Source of the DNA: Candidatus Buchananbacteria bacterium
GTDB taxonomy: Bacteria > Patescibacteriota > Patescibacteriia > 2-01-FULL-39-33
NCBI GenBank assembly: GCA_903859075.1
Contig: CAIOLF010000046.1
Coordinates: forward strand, 20,671 to 84,670
Length of the DNA: 64,000 nucleotides
Direction of reading: 5' to 3'
This document shows positions 45,620 through 56,404 of the stretch, one piece after another (the first letter of the stretch is position 1; every line of letters begins with the position of its first letter). The translations under genes and the position numbers were made by a program. Under the pieces are notes generated by a model. It worked only from the letters and a program-made list of their open reading frames with translations, was not told the origin of the DNA and made no database searches.

Positions 45620-46261
45620 TTAAATTTTTGTATGTATTCCGCATTCTCCTCCGCATTTATTAGTCCTTTGCCATCTGCCGGATCTTTCTGATTGATCATC
45701 GGCAATAATAGCAGTGCAGGGCTCGCAGCCTAAACTTCTGTACCCATTTTTATACCAGGGATGCACGGGGATTTGATTAAAAGCGATGTAGCGCCAAATA
45801 TCTAACTCCGTCCAATCAAGAATAGGATTAATTTTAATTATCTTTTTATGCTCAACTTCCTTAAAATTTTTTCTAGTTTCGCCCTCCGTATTCCTCAGGC
45901 CGGTAATCCAAGCATCCAGACCGTCAATTGCCTTGATTGTTGGTTCTACCTTGAAATACTCGCAACATTTTTCTGGATTATTCAGCCATAATTTTTCTTT
46001 TTCAGCTCCAATATTATCTTTTTGGATGTATTCTTTAATATTTAAATTCCAAAGTTTAGTTACCAGATCCTTAAACTCAAAGGTTTCCCGGGGCTTGAAT
46101 GGAGTCATAATTGTAAAAATAGGCATATCCGGCTTAAGCTGAAGCGCCAAATGCAATAAAACCATACTATCCTTGCCAAATGAACAGGCTAAGGCGATTT
46201 TGGGATGCCGATTCATTGCTTCGTTAATTACTTTCTTTGAGTGCTTTATTTTCTCGATCAT
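45620..46261 (-). CDS. mirror copy of 21474-22115: APS/PAPS reductase-like protein
   Basis: Identical 213-aa protein. Confidence 0.8.
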   Translation of the reverse strand: MIEKIKHSKKVINEAMNRHPKIALACSFGKDSMVLLHLALQLKPDMPIFTIMTPFKPRETFEFKDLVTKLWNLNIKEYIQKDNIGAEKEKLWLNNPEKCCEYFKVEPTIKAIDGLDAWITGLRNTEGETRKNFKEVEHKKIIKINPILDWTELDIWRYIAFNQIPVHPWYKNGYRSLGCEPCTAIIADDQSERSGRWQRTNKCGGECGIHTKI

Positions 46262-46386
46262 ATTGCAATTAGTTAATAATTTAGAAGATATTCGGGCACA
46301 GATACCGTAATTTGATTTATTTAATTTAAACCTATATAATAAATAGTGTCAAACTGCCGTCGGCAAGCGACAATCAATATAGTCAT

Positions 46387-47187
46387 ATGATTGATAAGAT
46401 TTTAAAAGAACTCAGCATCCCGGAGATTGCCAGTAGAATCTATTTGAAATTGGCGGAAGCCGGGTATTTGTCCGCTCGGCAATTGGCGGAGAATTTAGGT
46501 TTGCCACGCGCGACTATTTATGACAATCTGGGCATCCTCATTAAAAATAGTTTAGTCGTCGAAAAGGAACAAAATGGGAAAAAAATGTTTAATATTGATG
46601 AGCCAAATGAATTTGAGAGATTATTAGACGATAAAATTGATAATCTAAACAAGGCAAAAAAGAAGATAAAGGATTGGCGGTCTAATTTGAAAACAAGCCC
46701 AGCCTTGGAGCCGAAGATTAAATTTTATTCAGGGATAGACGGCATCAGACAGGTACTGCGAGATATGCTTTGGCATGATAATATAGAAACCTATACTATG
46801 TGGCCGATTAGTGATATGGTTGACATCTTGGGAAGAGAGTATTTGGAAGATTTAAATCGTAAAAGAATCAAGCAAAAAATCTCAATTAAGGGGATTTGGC
46901 CAGCGAATAAAGCGGTTAAGCTTAAGGAATATCCTTTTTTGGGGGTTGGTAAGGGGCATTTAAGGGAGCTTAGAATCGCACCGTCCCCAATGAATTGGGA
47001 TATGAGCTATTGGCTGTACTCCGATAAGATCGCTTTTATTTCTTCCGAGGCGGAAAGTTTTGGCTTTGTAGTGCATAGCAGGGACTTCACTAACTTAATG
47101 AAACAGCAATTTGAGGTGATTTGGAAAATTTCCAAACCGGTAAAACCGCAACCTAAGTATACGGATTCATTCCTGAAGACTGTTTAA
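46387..47187 (+). CDS. mirror copy of 20548-21348: TrmB-family regulator
   Basis: Identical 266-aa protein. Confidence 0.75.
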   Translation: MIDKILKELSIPEIASRIYLKLAEAGYLSARQLAENLGLPRATIYDNLGILIKNSLVVEKEQNGKKMFNIDEPNEFERLLDDKIDNLNKAKKKIKDWRSNLKTSPALEPKIKFYSGIDGIRQVLRDMLWHDNIETYTMWPISDMVDILGREYLEDLNRKRIKQKISIKGIWPANKAVKLKEYPFLGVGKGHLRELRIAPSPMNWDMSYWLYSDKIAFISSEAESFGFVVHSRDFTNLMKQQFEVIWKISKPVKPQPKYTDSFLKTV

Positions 47188-47349
47188 TATTTTTTAATCT
47201 CTGTTTAATTAAGCCAATCTCCTCTGGATCCGCTAGTATCCGTATGAGCAAATCACGGTTGCGACCCAAATTTAAGACACCTTCCATTAGGGAGGTGTCT
47301 TGTTTTTAGCGGTTTGAGATTCATTAATATAATGGTAAAATAGAGATAT

Positions 47350-48729
47350 ATGAATGACCACGAACAACAATCCAATAAAAAGGAAATAATTGAACAGCCA
47401 AAAGCCGAGGTGGCTCCGCAAACTATAACTGAAAAAAGGAATAGTAGAGTTGAACAAATTAATAAAGAATTAGCTGAATATAATCACAAAGCTGCCACCC
47501 AGGAAGAAATGGATATGATACAAGTTAAAAGGGAAATGGAATATCAATCAAAACTCGCAGAACTGGAGAGCGGACTTGGTAAAAGGCTTGGCGATGAAAG
47601 CACAGAAATGATCCATGCAAATCTAGTAGATAGCGTTATTGAGCAGGCGCAGAAAGAAAACGAGAGATTCGATTCATTGGCCGCAGAAAAAAAGAGATTG
47701 ACATTGTTCAATAATCTTGAGCTGGGAGGGAATGCGGAAGAGGTAATTGCCAAAGCCAGAAAGCTTATCAAGGAAAAGGATAGCGATGGCTCAAAGACGA
47801 AGGTTTTTGAAGAAGCGCTGGGTCATTATTCCCGGCCCCAGGAAGCTCTGGCCGATATGCCCATTTACCATAGCACCGGTTCTTACGGCTTGGCCAAGAT
47901 TTTGGAACACGGGGCATTGGAATCAAAGAAGAATATCGCCACCGGTGAACAGGCGGCTACCGGCGAGGAAATTGATACGACATCTTTTGTAATCGGCGGC
48001 TATGATCAATCGGAAACCGTCAGCTATTTTTATGCGAGGAAAAATGAACAGCAGTCAAGATTGGCTTTGGATAAAAAAGACATCATGGGAATCGGCTGTG
48101 AAGAGGATATTGTCAAAACGGTTTTTGCAGAATTGCCAAAGCTCGGCGCTAAGGAGCGAGTCCAAGTAGAATCCGCCATAAAAATAATGAAAGGTGACAA
48201 GGAAATTTCAGACGAAGAATTAATGGCTGAAAAAATGCAGGGACTGCAGGAACGAAAATATTATTTTGACCCGGAACAATCAAGAAAAAAGTTAGTTGCG
48301 CTGAATGAAGAGAGAGATAGATTAAAGCAGGGAGGCGAACAATGGAAAATTGACAAAAAGTCGCAAGAGATCGCGAAACTGGAAAATGGAATAAGAACTT
48401 ATGAGAATGAAACGCCAGAAATGCGGCAGGAAATGACCGACCCCTTTCCTACGATTTTGATTTATGAAGGTAAAGATCTGCCAGGGGAAGATTTGGATAC
48501 TCTGACATCAGGGCTGGTTTCGGAAAGAAGGACAAAACAGCCGATAGAAAACGGACAACTAAAAGAGATTCGGGCGCCAAAAAATGAAACCAACAAAGTA
48601 AAGCGATGGCTTGAGGCAAGAATTGACAGTTTACCCCAAGATTCGCCGGAAAGGCAGGCCTTAAGCGACGTTAAAATCGTGCCATTGGAATATTTTGAAG
48701 CCAAAAGTATTATTAAAGTGATAGAATAA
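47350..48729 (+). CDS. mirror copy of 19006-20385: coiled-coil hypothetical protein
   Basis: Identical 459-aa protein. Confidence 0.55.
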   Translation: MNDHEQQSNKKEIIEQPKAEVAPQTITEKRNSRVEQINKELAEYNHKAATQEEMDMIQVKREMEYQSKLAELESGLGKRLGDESTEMIHANLVDSVIEQAQKENERFDSLAAEKKRLTLFNNLELGGNAEEVIAKARKLIKEKDSDGSKTKVFEEALGHYSRPQEALADMPIYHSTGSYGLAKILEHGALESKKNIATGEQAATGEEIDTTSFVIGGYDQSETVSYFYARKNEQQSRLALDKKDIMGIGCEEDIVKTVFAELPKLGAKERVQVESAIKIMKGDKEISDEELMAEKMQGLQERKYYFDPEQSRKKLVALNEERDRLKQGGEQWKIDKKSQEIAKLENGIRTYENETPEMRQEMTDPFPTILIYEGKDLPGEDLDTLTSGLVSERRTKQPIENGQLKEIRAPKNETNKVKRWLEARIDSLPQDSPERQALSDVKIVPLEYFEAKSIIKVIE

Positions 48730-49083
48730 GCTCCTTGTCTATTTTAGACAGTTCTAAAGTTCTGAGCATATCACAAAGCCCACCCAGGAAAAATAAAATT
48801 ATCCCAATTCTCTGGATTTTGGGGCAAGAAAATAGCCGGGAATTCATGCGGGTAATAAAGGTCTTGCGTTACGATCACTCGTTCATTATTCCGGGGCAGT
48901 AAGTAAGCGGAGAAGTCCAGGTATAAAGGCAGGGAATAATAAGAAAAAGGCAAATGGCTGGCAAGCTGGAGATGTTTTTGCGAATCAAATTTTTCCATAT
49001 GATGTTTAAATACTATACCTAATATTGTTAAAAATCAATAAAAAAACCGTTGCGGCCCTAAGTGGCGGCAACGGCGGATACTA

Positions 49084-49857
49084 CTATGATTTGATTTTCT
49101 CCTCGGCGATTCTGCGGGGAACAAAGAGACCCTCTTGCCAGGATAAATGGTAACATTTTTTGCCGGCGGGCGAGATCACTTTGTATTGACTGCCATCGAT
49201 GGCTTGCAGCGCGCAGAGATCTTCCAAGGCAATGCCCGGGAGAGAGGGGTGGCGCCGCAGCAGATCTTCACAAGCCGACTTGCGCCATTCTCCTTCCGAA
49301 TCATAATGCGGGCAGCAAACGGCCGGTATCAGCCCCAGTCCCTTCACCAGAATCGGTTTCCAATCGGTGGGATTGGACTCCTTGCGCGAGTCGCTGACGC
49401 CGGAGTCAAACCAGCAGATCGCTCCGGCGGAAAGTCCGCACATCACCGTGCCGGAGTTATAGGCAGCGATGAGCAGTTGGCCGACGCCGCGGCGTCGCCA
49501 GGCTCGCATCATCCGGTAGGTGTTGCCGCCACCGACGTAAATAATGTCGGCCCAGCTTATTTTCTGGCGGATTTCCTGGTCAGTCAGGCGTTCGGCCAGA
49601 AGGCGCAGGTGGTCGAACTGGCAGCCGAGACGCAACTCGTACAAATTGTAGATGGTGTTGCAGTACAAAAGGTCGTCTCCGCTGGCCGTTGGGACAAATA
49701 GTAGGCGCGGCTTTCTTGGTTGCCGGCTTAGCGACAAATTCTCCTCGGCCAGGCGGACGATGTACCCGTCAATGGCCAAGGTTTCCGGCGGCTTGCAGGG
49801 CACGAATACTTGTCCGCCACCAATAGCTACTATATTTCTCTTGCCGTGAGTCTTCAT
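49084..49857 (-). CDS. mirror copy of 17878-18651: peptidase S51
   Basis: Identical 257-aa protein. Confidence 0.7.
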   Translation of the reverse strand: MKTHGKRNIVAIGGGQVFVPCKPPETLAIDGYIVRLAEENLSLSRQPRKPRLLFVPTASGDDLLYCNTIYNLYELRLGCQFDHLRLLAERLTDQEIRQKISWADIIYVGGGNTYRMMRAWRRRGVGQLLIAAYNSGTVMCGLSAGAICWFDSGVSDSRKESNPTDWKPILVKGLGLIPAVCCPHYDSEGEWRKSACEDLLRRHPSLPGIALEDLCALQAIDGSQYKVISPAGKKCYHLSWQEGLFVPRRIAEEKIKS

Positions 49858-50121
49858 TATCAGCCCCCTCCTGTTTGGGCGATTTGCGGTTGGATTTGCG
49901 GTTGCTTGTATGGCGAAATGTTCGATAAGCTATCATAGTATAATATTTAGTCTATGTCAATGGCAGCTTAGGCCAATAATTATTTTTTCTGACACTGTTT
50001 GCAACATTTTCTAGTTTCCGTGAGATGCTTTTGGGAGAGATTTTTACATAAAAAAAGAAAAGCCAGAGGAAATAATCCTTGGCTTATTTGTCGTCAATGA
50101 TCCGCGGCAGTCGTTTCTGAT

Positions 50122-50733
50122 TCACAAGGCGATGGTCTGCGACCTGGGCATCCACAGAACCAGTGAAACGCTATCGCCAAACGGCTGCTGGTTCCAGGCG
50201 CTGAACATGCCCAGAACAAAATCGCCGCCGATGAGAGAGAATTCTACGCGAAGCAGATTTTCTTTCTCATCAAGGGTCTTCCTTCCCTGAGCGTGAATGG
50301 CTTCGGCTGACGTGGAGCTCAGGAAGACGCCTAATTTGCCGTCAATTTGGAAGTTCCTCACGAAGGCCACCAGCTTGATTCCCTGACCGGTGGCTTCCTG
50401 GGCAAGCTCGGCTTTCGGGACGAGCTCCTTCAACGCGCCAATCGCTAACGAGCTGGTTAATCCCGGGAGTTTTCCGATCCGACTCATTGATCCCGAAGGA
50501 ATGGTGGCTACCCGGACATTTGAGCCGTTGTACGGCCGTTCATCGACAGGACGTGTCGCTAGGCACGTTTTGACTACGTGGCGATTAGTATAGAAAATGT
50601 ACAGATCGGCCCGCTCCCTCCGCTTGCTTGTTTCTTTCAGGATTCGTTCCGCATGTTGTTCGTTCGTGGCAATACCACTGGCAATAAGCGACCCTACCTC
50701 AACATCATGCGTATTTCTATAAAATGGCGACAT
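50122..50733 (-). CDS. mirror copy of 17002-17613: GC-rich hypothetical protein
   Basis: Identical protein. Confidence 0.5.
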   Translation of the reverse strand: MSPFYRNTHDVEVGSLIASGIATNEQHAERILKETSKRRERADLYIFYTNRHVVKTCLATRPVDERPYNGSNVRVATIPSGSMSRIGKLPGLTSSLAIGALKELVPKAELAQEATGQGIKLVAFVRNFQIDGKLGVFLSSTSAEAIHAQGRKTLDEKENLLRVEFSLIGGDFVLGMFSAWNQQPFGDSVSLVLWMPRSQTIAL

Positions 50734-50892
50734 GGCGATCCCTCCTCGTTGATTCTCCGCTATCAATTCTTACCTCAGAGATTACTATGATAATGCCATT
50801 TTGTCAATATTGCTTGTAGATTTAAAAAGGGGAAAACGGGCATTAACATCGGCCAGAAAAAGGAGTATTATGTACTTAAATTAAGTTTATTT

Positions 50893-51979
50893 ATGGACCA
50901 TTTCCCGGAAATCGTCACTTTCCGCGTTACCTCCCGTTGCACCAAGGATTGCGATTTTTGCTATGGCCCCAAGAATATTCCGGAATTGGATTTTTCACAA
51001 CTGCAAAAAGTTTTTTCTTTGCTGGCAAAGAAGGGAGTCAAATCCATCACTATTACCGGCGGTGAGCCGCTACTGCGATCGGATATCAAAAAAATTATTA
51101 ATTGATGAAAAAACTTTTTTGGCCGAGTCGGAAAAGATTATGGCCGCCTATGGCCGGCAGATAAATATTATTATCTCCCCCAGGCGCCAGAGAGCCAATG
51201 CTTATTTTATGATTAATCCGGATGGCCAGGTTATTATGCCGGAAGATAAGGATGATGTCTGCTGCGAGGTAATGATCGGCAACATTTTTGACCAAAATAT
51301 TATTGATAAATGGCAAAAGCTTATTTATGAAAATAATTATCTGGAGAATGCCGAAGATACTTTTTCCCATGATTGGCAGAGCTACCCTATGCCGGAAATT
51401 TATAACAAGATTTGGCGTTTAGCTAAAAGATACAATCATCAGGGACAGGACTATACGGAAAAACATATTGAATGGCTCATTAAGCAGAGCTTGCTGCTGG
51501 CCAAGCAGGAAAATATTGAGGAACAGATTTTTATTCCGTTTATCCTGCTGCATGACGTGGGTTATAGCGCGGCTAAGATAGACAGTCCCTTTGCCAGCGA
51601 TTCCAGAAAAAGCCATATGCAAGCCGGCAAACAAATCGCTAAAAAGATTTTAAGGCAAGTGAATTACCCGAAGCGCTTGGCTAACAAGATTTCTAATTAT
51701 ATCGCCATCCATGACAATTGGGCTTTCAATGATCATCAACTTTATCATAAAAACAAAATCCTTGGCCTGTTTAATGATTTGGACTTCACTTCTATGTATT
51801 CTGCCGCCAGTTTCAACTCCATGATGAACATCCTGAAAAAGACGCCGCAAAAAATGCTGGACTATCTTCAAAATAATGAAAAAATTGTCAATCGGCCGTT
51901 TATCTCCGCTGCCAGCCGCCTAATTTATCAGAACAGCGTCCAGAAAACGCAACTGCTGGTAAATTCAAACCTGTTTTAA
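50893..51979 (+). pseudogene. mirror copy of 15756-16842: frameshifted radical-SAM/HD gene, carrying the same A7 frameshift
   Basis: Both ORF fragments are identical, at 50893-51105 and 50963-51979. Confidence 0.55.
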
Positions 51980-52215
51980 ATAGCCGCCCAATTGAGTCAA
52001 TTTAATACAAAAATCTCCCGGCGGAGGTTTTTAAATTGACAAAAACATTAATGCGTGCTATACTTAAGTTCTTAAAGTATATCTCATTTAGTTCCATTTT
52101 AAGAAATCCCAATTCAGGCATTTCTTAACTCTAGCTTTAATTATTTAGCTTTGATGGAAATTTATGAATGGCCGGTGGCCTGTCTGCTTTAAAGCTAAAA
52201 ATTAAAACCTAACTC

Positions 52216-53448
52216 ATGTCTACCAGGAATTTCGGACGGGGCTCTCGCCTCGGCCGTTCTCCTAGACGCCGCTTAGCCGCTTCAAGCGGCCGGCCGTCTT
52301 TTGGAGGAAAAAGACCGCTTGCCAGACGCGGCGGTTTTCGCGATCAATATATTGATTGCTCCCGGTTTGTCTGCAAAGCCAAGCCCCAAACCGAATCCAA
52401 GCCCTATCAGCCGCAACATGCTTTCGCTGATTTTGCTATTGATCAAAGATTGAAAGAAAATATTGTCACCAAAGGTTATGTCACTCCCACCCCGATCCAA
52501 GACCAGACGATTCCGGCGATTCTGGAGGGGTGCGATGTGGTCGGTGTTGCCAATACCGGCACCGGCAAAACGGCGGCTTTTCTTTTGCCATTGCTTCATA
52601 AAGTCATATTGGATAACCGGGAAAATATTTTAATCATCGTACCGACTCATGAATTGGCTGATCAGATCAATCAAGAATTGATTGCGTTCCGCGGACGATT
52701 GAGGATTTTTTCCGTCTGCTGCGTCGGCGGCGCTTCCATCGGCCGCCAGATTTCCGATTTGCGCCGCGGCTATAATTTTGTCATTGGCACGCCGGGCCGG
52801 CTCAAGGATCTGATCGAGCGCGGCTTGATCCGTCCGGAAAGATTTTCCACTTTAGTGCTTGACGAAGCCGACCGCATGCTGGATATGGGCTTTGTCAATG
52901 ATATGAGATTTATCATGTCGCTGATGCCGGTTACTCGCCAGACCTTATTTTTCTCCGCTACCGTCAGCCGGGAAATTGATAAGCTAGTCAAAGAATTTTT
53001 AACCAGCCCGGTGACGATTTCCGTCAAGACCGGAGACACTGCCAAGAATGTCGATCAGGACATTATCAAAATCAGCCACGAGCACGAAAAAATAAGCGTC
53101 CTGCATAATCTTTTGGCCAAGCCGGAATTCACCAAAGTGTTGGTTTTCGGCCGGACCAAATTCGGCGTGGAGAGATTATCCGTTGGTCTGATTCAAAAGG
53201 GCTTTAAAGCGGACGCCATTCATGGCAACAAGAACCAAAGCAAGCGCCAAGCGGCCTTAAGATTATTTAAAGAGAATAAAACCAAAATTCTGGTAGCGAC
53301 CGATGTCGCCGCCAGAGGCCTGGATATTCCCAACGTCAGCCACGTGATTAATTATGATGTCCCGGCTACCTATGACGATTATGTCCATCGCATCGGCCGG
53401 ACCGGCCGTGGCGACCAAATGGGCAAAGCGCTGACCTTTGTCTGTTAA
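52216..53448 (+). CDS. mirror copy of 14287-15519: DEAD-box RNA helicase
   Basis: Identical 410-aa protein. Confidence 0.9.
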   Translation: MSTRNFGRGSRLGRSPRRRLAASSGRPSFGGKRPLARRGGFRDQYIDCSRFVCKAKPQTESKPYQPQHAFADFAIDQRLKENIVTKGYVTPTPIQDQTIPAILEGCDVVGVANTGTGKTAAFLLPLLHKVILDNRENILIIVPTHELADQINQELIAFRGRLRIFSVCCVGGASIGRQISDLRRGYNFVIGTPGRLKDLIERGLIRPERFSTLVLDEADRMLDMGFVNDMRFIMSLMPVTRQTLFFSATVSREIDKLVKEFLTSPVTISVKTGDTAKNVDQDIIKISHEHEKISVLHNLLAKPEFTKVLVFGRTKFGVERLSVGLIQKGFKADAIHGNKNQSKRQAALRLFKENKTKILVATDVAARGLDIPNVSHVINYDVPATYDDYVHRIGRTGRGDQMGKALTFVC

Positions 53449-53571
53449 TAATATAGCTGTTAAAATAAGCTTATTTGATCACAGTTGAAAATTAATATCC
53501 TTTGGTCTATAATCCGAAGTAGAGAAACTGGCAGAGTGAAGCAAACTCAGTAAAAGAAGGAGGATAGCACC

Positions 53572-54303
53572 TTGGTTATCTACGAGTTCAACTGGATCCG
53601 AAAGATCTGGCATATCTCGGGATGTCTTCTAATGCTCGCCGTCTTTTACTGGTGGCGGGGACTTAGGGACATCTGCGGGATGCCGGCTAATCCCTTGGCA
53701 ATGCTCACCGGCATCGCCTGGATGATGACGGCAGTGTTTTTGCTGATGGACTTGGTCCGGCATCAAAGCCCGCGCCACAATGAGCGGTTTATCAAGATGT
53801 CAATATTCCGGTTTATTCTGCGTGAGCATGAACATCAGAGGTTTACCGCCAGCACCTACTATTTGCTGGGAGCCTCCTTACTGATGACCGGCGTCTGGTT
53901 GGGGCCCATCAAAGAATCAATCCTGGTGATGGCCGTGATGGTTCTAGGCCTGGCAGATCCGGCCGCCGCTTGGGCGCGTTATCGTCTGTCGCGCTGGGGC
54001 GTCAACAGCTCCCGCGGCTTGGGATTGCTGGTATTCGCTTTGGTCAGTTATTTGGTCATGAGCCGAGTAGCAGCATTCCTGGGCAGCCGATTAGATGCTG
54101 CCAACATCTTTATCATCAGCGTAACCGTCGCACTGGCAGAGACCTACACTCCGAGCTGGGTCGGCTGGTGCAGACCGCTTACTTCGCGGCTTCGGCGCTG
54201 TTTTCCCAGTCCGGTAGCGCATCAGCTCTCCAGGTTTTACCTCGACGATAATCTGATGATACTGCTGGTCGTCGCCTTGCTGGCATTTTTCCTGGACCGC
54301 TGA
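53572..54303 (+). CDS. mirror copy of 13432-14163: polyprenol-kinase-like membrane protein
   Basis: Identical 243-aa protein. Confidence 0.45.
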   Translation: MVIYEFNWIRKIWHISGCLLMLAVFYWWRGLRDICGMPANPLAMLTGIAWMMTAVFLLMDLVRHQSPRHNERFIKMSIFRFILREHEHQRFTASTYYLLGASLLMTGVWLGPIKESILVMAVMVLGLADPAAAWARYRLSRWGVNSSRGLGLLVFALVSYLVMSRVAAFLGSRLDAANIFIISVTVALAETYTPSWVGWCRPLTSRLRRCFPSPVAHQLSRFYLDDNLMILLVVALLAFFLDR

Positions 54304-54385
54304 CTTCGCGTTTGGCGGTCTTTTCTTTTCAGCTTGTCTGGCCGGGCCGATTGAGCTATAATTAGGGCAGATAATCACAAAAAAT

Positions 54386-54904
54386 ATGGCTTTTATTTAT
54401 CATAAAGTCCCGACCAATATGTCGGGCAATATCCTCTATCCGCTAAATGTCATGGAAAAGATTAACCCGGAGATCTATGAAGCGGCAGTAAAAAAATATC
54501 AGGGCCGGGAATATCTATTGCAAGAAATCATCCCTTTCCTTAATTGCCTTTGGAATGACGTACTGCATTTCAGCGCGGTTCATCCGACAAAAATCAAGGA
54601 GGCCTTGCTCAAGCTCGGCCATCCTTTCCGGGAAAACTTTTTTGAAGTCCCTTTAGAAATCATTGATAGCCACCGGGCGGTGATTTATCTTTATCGGCGG
54701 GAAGACAATAAAATTGAGCCCGATGAATTCAAGCCGTTTGATCCAAAGTTAGTCGCCGATCTGGCCGAACTGTCGGAGAACGCCACGGACTATTATGCCA
54801 AGGCCGTCAGTGCGGGACAAAAAGTCCTGCCCTTTCACGGCGTGGCTCACATTTTGTATCGCGGCAGTCTGGATGTCAGCGATTTAAAAATTATTAAATC
54901 CTAA
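54386..54904 (+). CDS. mirror copy of 12831-13349: hypothetical protein
   Basis: Identical 172-aa protein. Confidence 0.55.
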   Translation: MAFIYHKVPTNMSGNILYPLNVMEKINPEIYEAAVKKYQGREYLLQEIIPFLNCLWNDVLHFSAVHPTKIKEALLKLGHPFRENFFEVPLEIIDSHRAVIYLYRREDNKIEPDEFKPFDPKLVADLAELSENATDYYAKAVSAGQKVLPFHGVAHILYRGSLDVSDLKIIKS

Positions 54905-54912
54905 TTTAATTA

Positions 54913-55776
54913 ATGATTAATATGACCGGAGATATTATTATTTCTAATTCTCAGCGTCTGGAGTCGATTAAAAGAGCGATTAGTATCGGCGGAGCGGAAA
55001 AACTCCACGTTCTGTCGGATTTTGATCGTACGCTTACCAAGATGTTTGTGGCGGGGGAGGAAGTGCCTTCAATAATCTCCGTCTTGCGCAGCGAGGGCTA
55101 TCTGACGCCCGACTATCCGGATAAAGCCAAAGAATTGTTCAATTATTATCACGCGATCGAGATTGATCCGTCAGTGCCTCACGCGGAAAAGCGTGAGGCC
55201 ATGCGGCAGTGGTGGTCCAGGCATTTTGATCTGCTGATCGCTTCCGGCCTGCGGAAAAAAGATGTTGAGCGAGCCATCACCTCGCAAAGATTGCAGCTAC
55301 GTTCGGGAGTGGCGCAGTTTTTTGAGTTTTTAAGAGAGCGCGACATTCCTTTGGTGATTATGTCTTCCAGCGGTTTAGGAGTAGAGTCGATTTCTTTGTA
55401 TCTTAAGCGGCAGAATTTGCTTTCAGATAATGTTTATATTGTCTCTAATGAATTCATTTGGGACGATGCCGGTCGAGCAATTGCCGTCAGGGAGCCGATT
55501 ATTCATGCCTTTAATAAGGAAGAAACCGTGCTGGACAATTTTTCTTTTTATGATAAGGTCAAGGAAAGAAAAAATGTCTTGCTACTCGGCGACGGTTCGG
55601 ACGACGTGGAGATGATTACCGGTTTTAATTATGATAATCTGATTAAGGTCGGATTTTTAAATAAGAATATTGAAGAAAATCTGCAGCTTTACAGAGAAAA
55701 GTTTGATGCGGTAATTACCGGCGATGGTGATTTTGATTTTATTAATGATTTATTAATAAAAATTATTCTAAAGTAA
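54913..55776 (+). CDS. mirror copy of 11959-12822: HAD 5'-nucleotidase-like protein
   Basis: Identical 287-aa protein. Confidence 0.7.
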   Translation: MINMTGDIIISNSQRLESIKRAISIGGAEKLHVLSDFDRTLTKMFVAGEEVPSIISVLRSEGYLTPDYPDKAKELFNYYHAIEIDPSVPHAEKREAMRQWWSRHFDLLIASGLRKKDVERAITSQRLQLRSGVAQFFEFLRERDIPLVIMSSSGLGVESISLYLKRQNLLSDNVYIVSNEFIWDDAGRAIAVREPIIHAFNKEETVLDNFSFYDKVKERKNVLLLGDGSDDVEMITGFNYDNLIKVGFLNKNIEENLQLYREKFDAVITGDGDFDFINDLLIKIILK

Positions 55777-55778
55777 CT

Positions 55779-56372
55779 ATGAAGACTGAAGTTGAAGCAA
55801 AATTCTTAGACGTTAATCCGCGGCAATTACGGGAAGCGCTGAAAAGTCATGGCGGGACTCTAGTCCAAGCGGAGGTGTTGATGCGACGCAAGATTTTTGA
55901 TTATTCTGATAAACGCCTGGAGAAAATCGGCGCCTGGATCAGAGTACGGGATGAAGGCAAAAAGATTACGATGAGCTACAAGCGGTTAGTTGACCGGACT
56001 TTTCAGGGGACGAAGGAAATAGTTTTTAATGTCGATAATTTTGACGCCGCTTGCGACTTTCTCTTGGCCACGGGACTGGATTGCCGCTCCTATCAGGAGA
56101 CTAAGCGCGAAACGTGGGAGCTAAGCGGCTGTGAAGTGACGATTGACACCTGGCCGTGGATACCGCCTTTTGTGGAGCTTGAGGCGGAGACGGAAGAAAA
56201 TGTGCGGTCGGTCGCCGCTAAGCTGGGCTTTGATTGGAATGAGGCGCTGCATGGCAGCGTGGAAACGGCTTATCAAAAGTATTATGAAGTCACCGAGGAA
56301 GAAATAGATCATTTGGAAGAAATTACTTTTACTCCGGTACCGGATTGGCTGGAAATAAAAAGAAAACAATAA
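55779..56372 (+). CDS. mirror copy of 11363-11956: CYTH-domain protein
   Basis: Identical 197-aa protein. Confidence 0.75.
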   Translation: MKTEVEAKFLDVNPRQLREALKSHGGTLVQAEVLMRRKIFDYSDKRLEKIGAWIRVRDEGKKITMSYKRLVDRTFQGTKEIVFNVDNFDAACDFLLATGLDCRSYQETKRETWELSGCEVTIDTWPWIPPFVELEAETEENVRSVAAKLGFDWNEALHGSVETAYQKYYEVTEEEIDHLEEITFTPVPDWLEIKRKQ

Positions 56373-56404
56373 CTTAAAATCCCTCCGCCGCGGCGGAGGG
56401 ATTT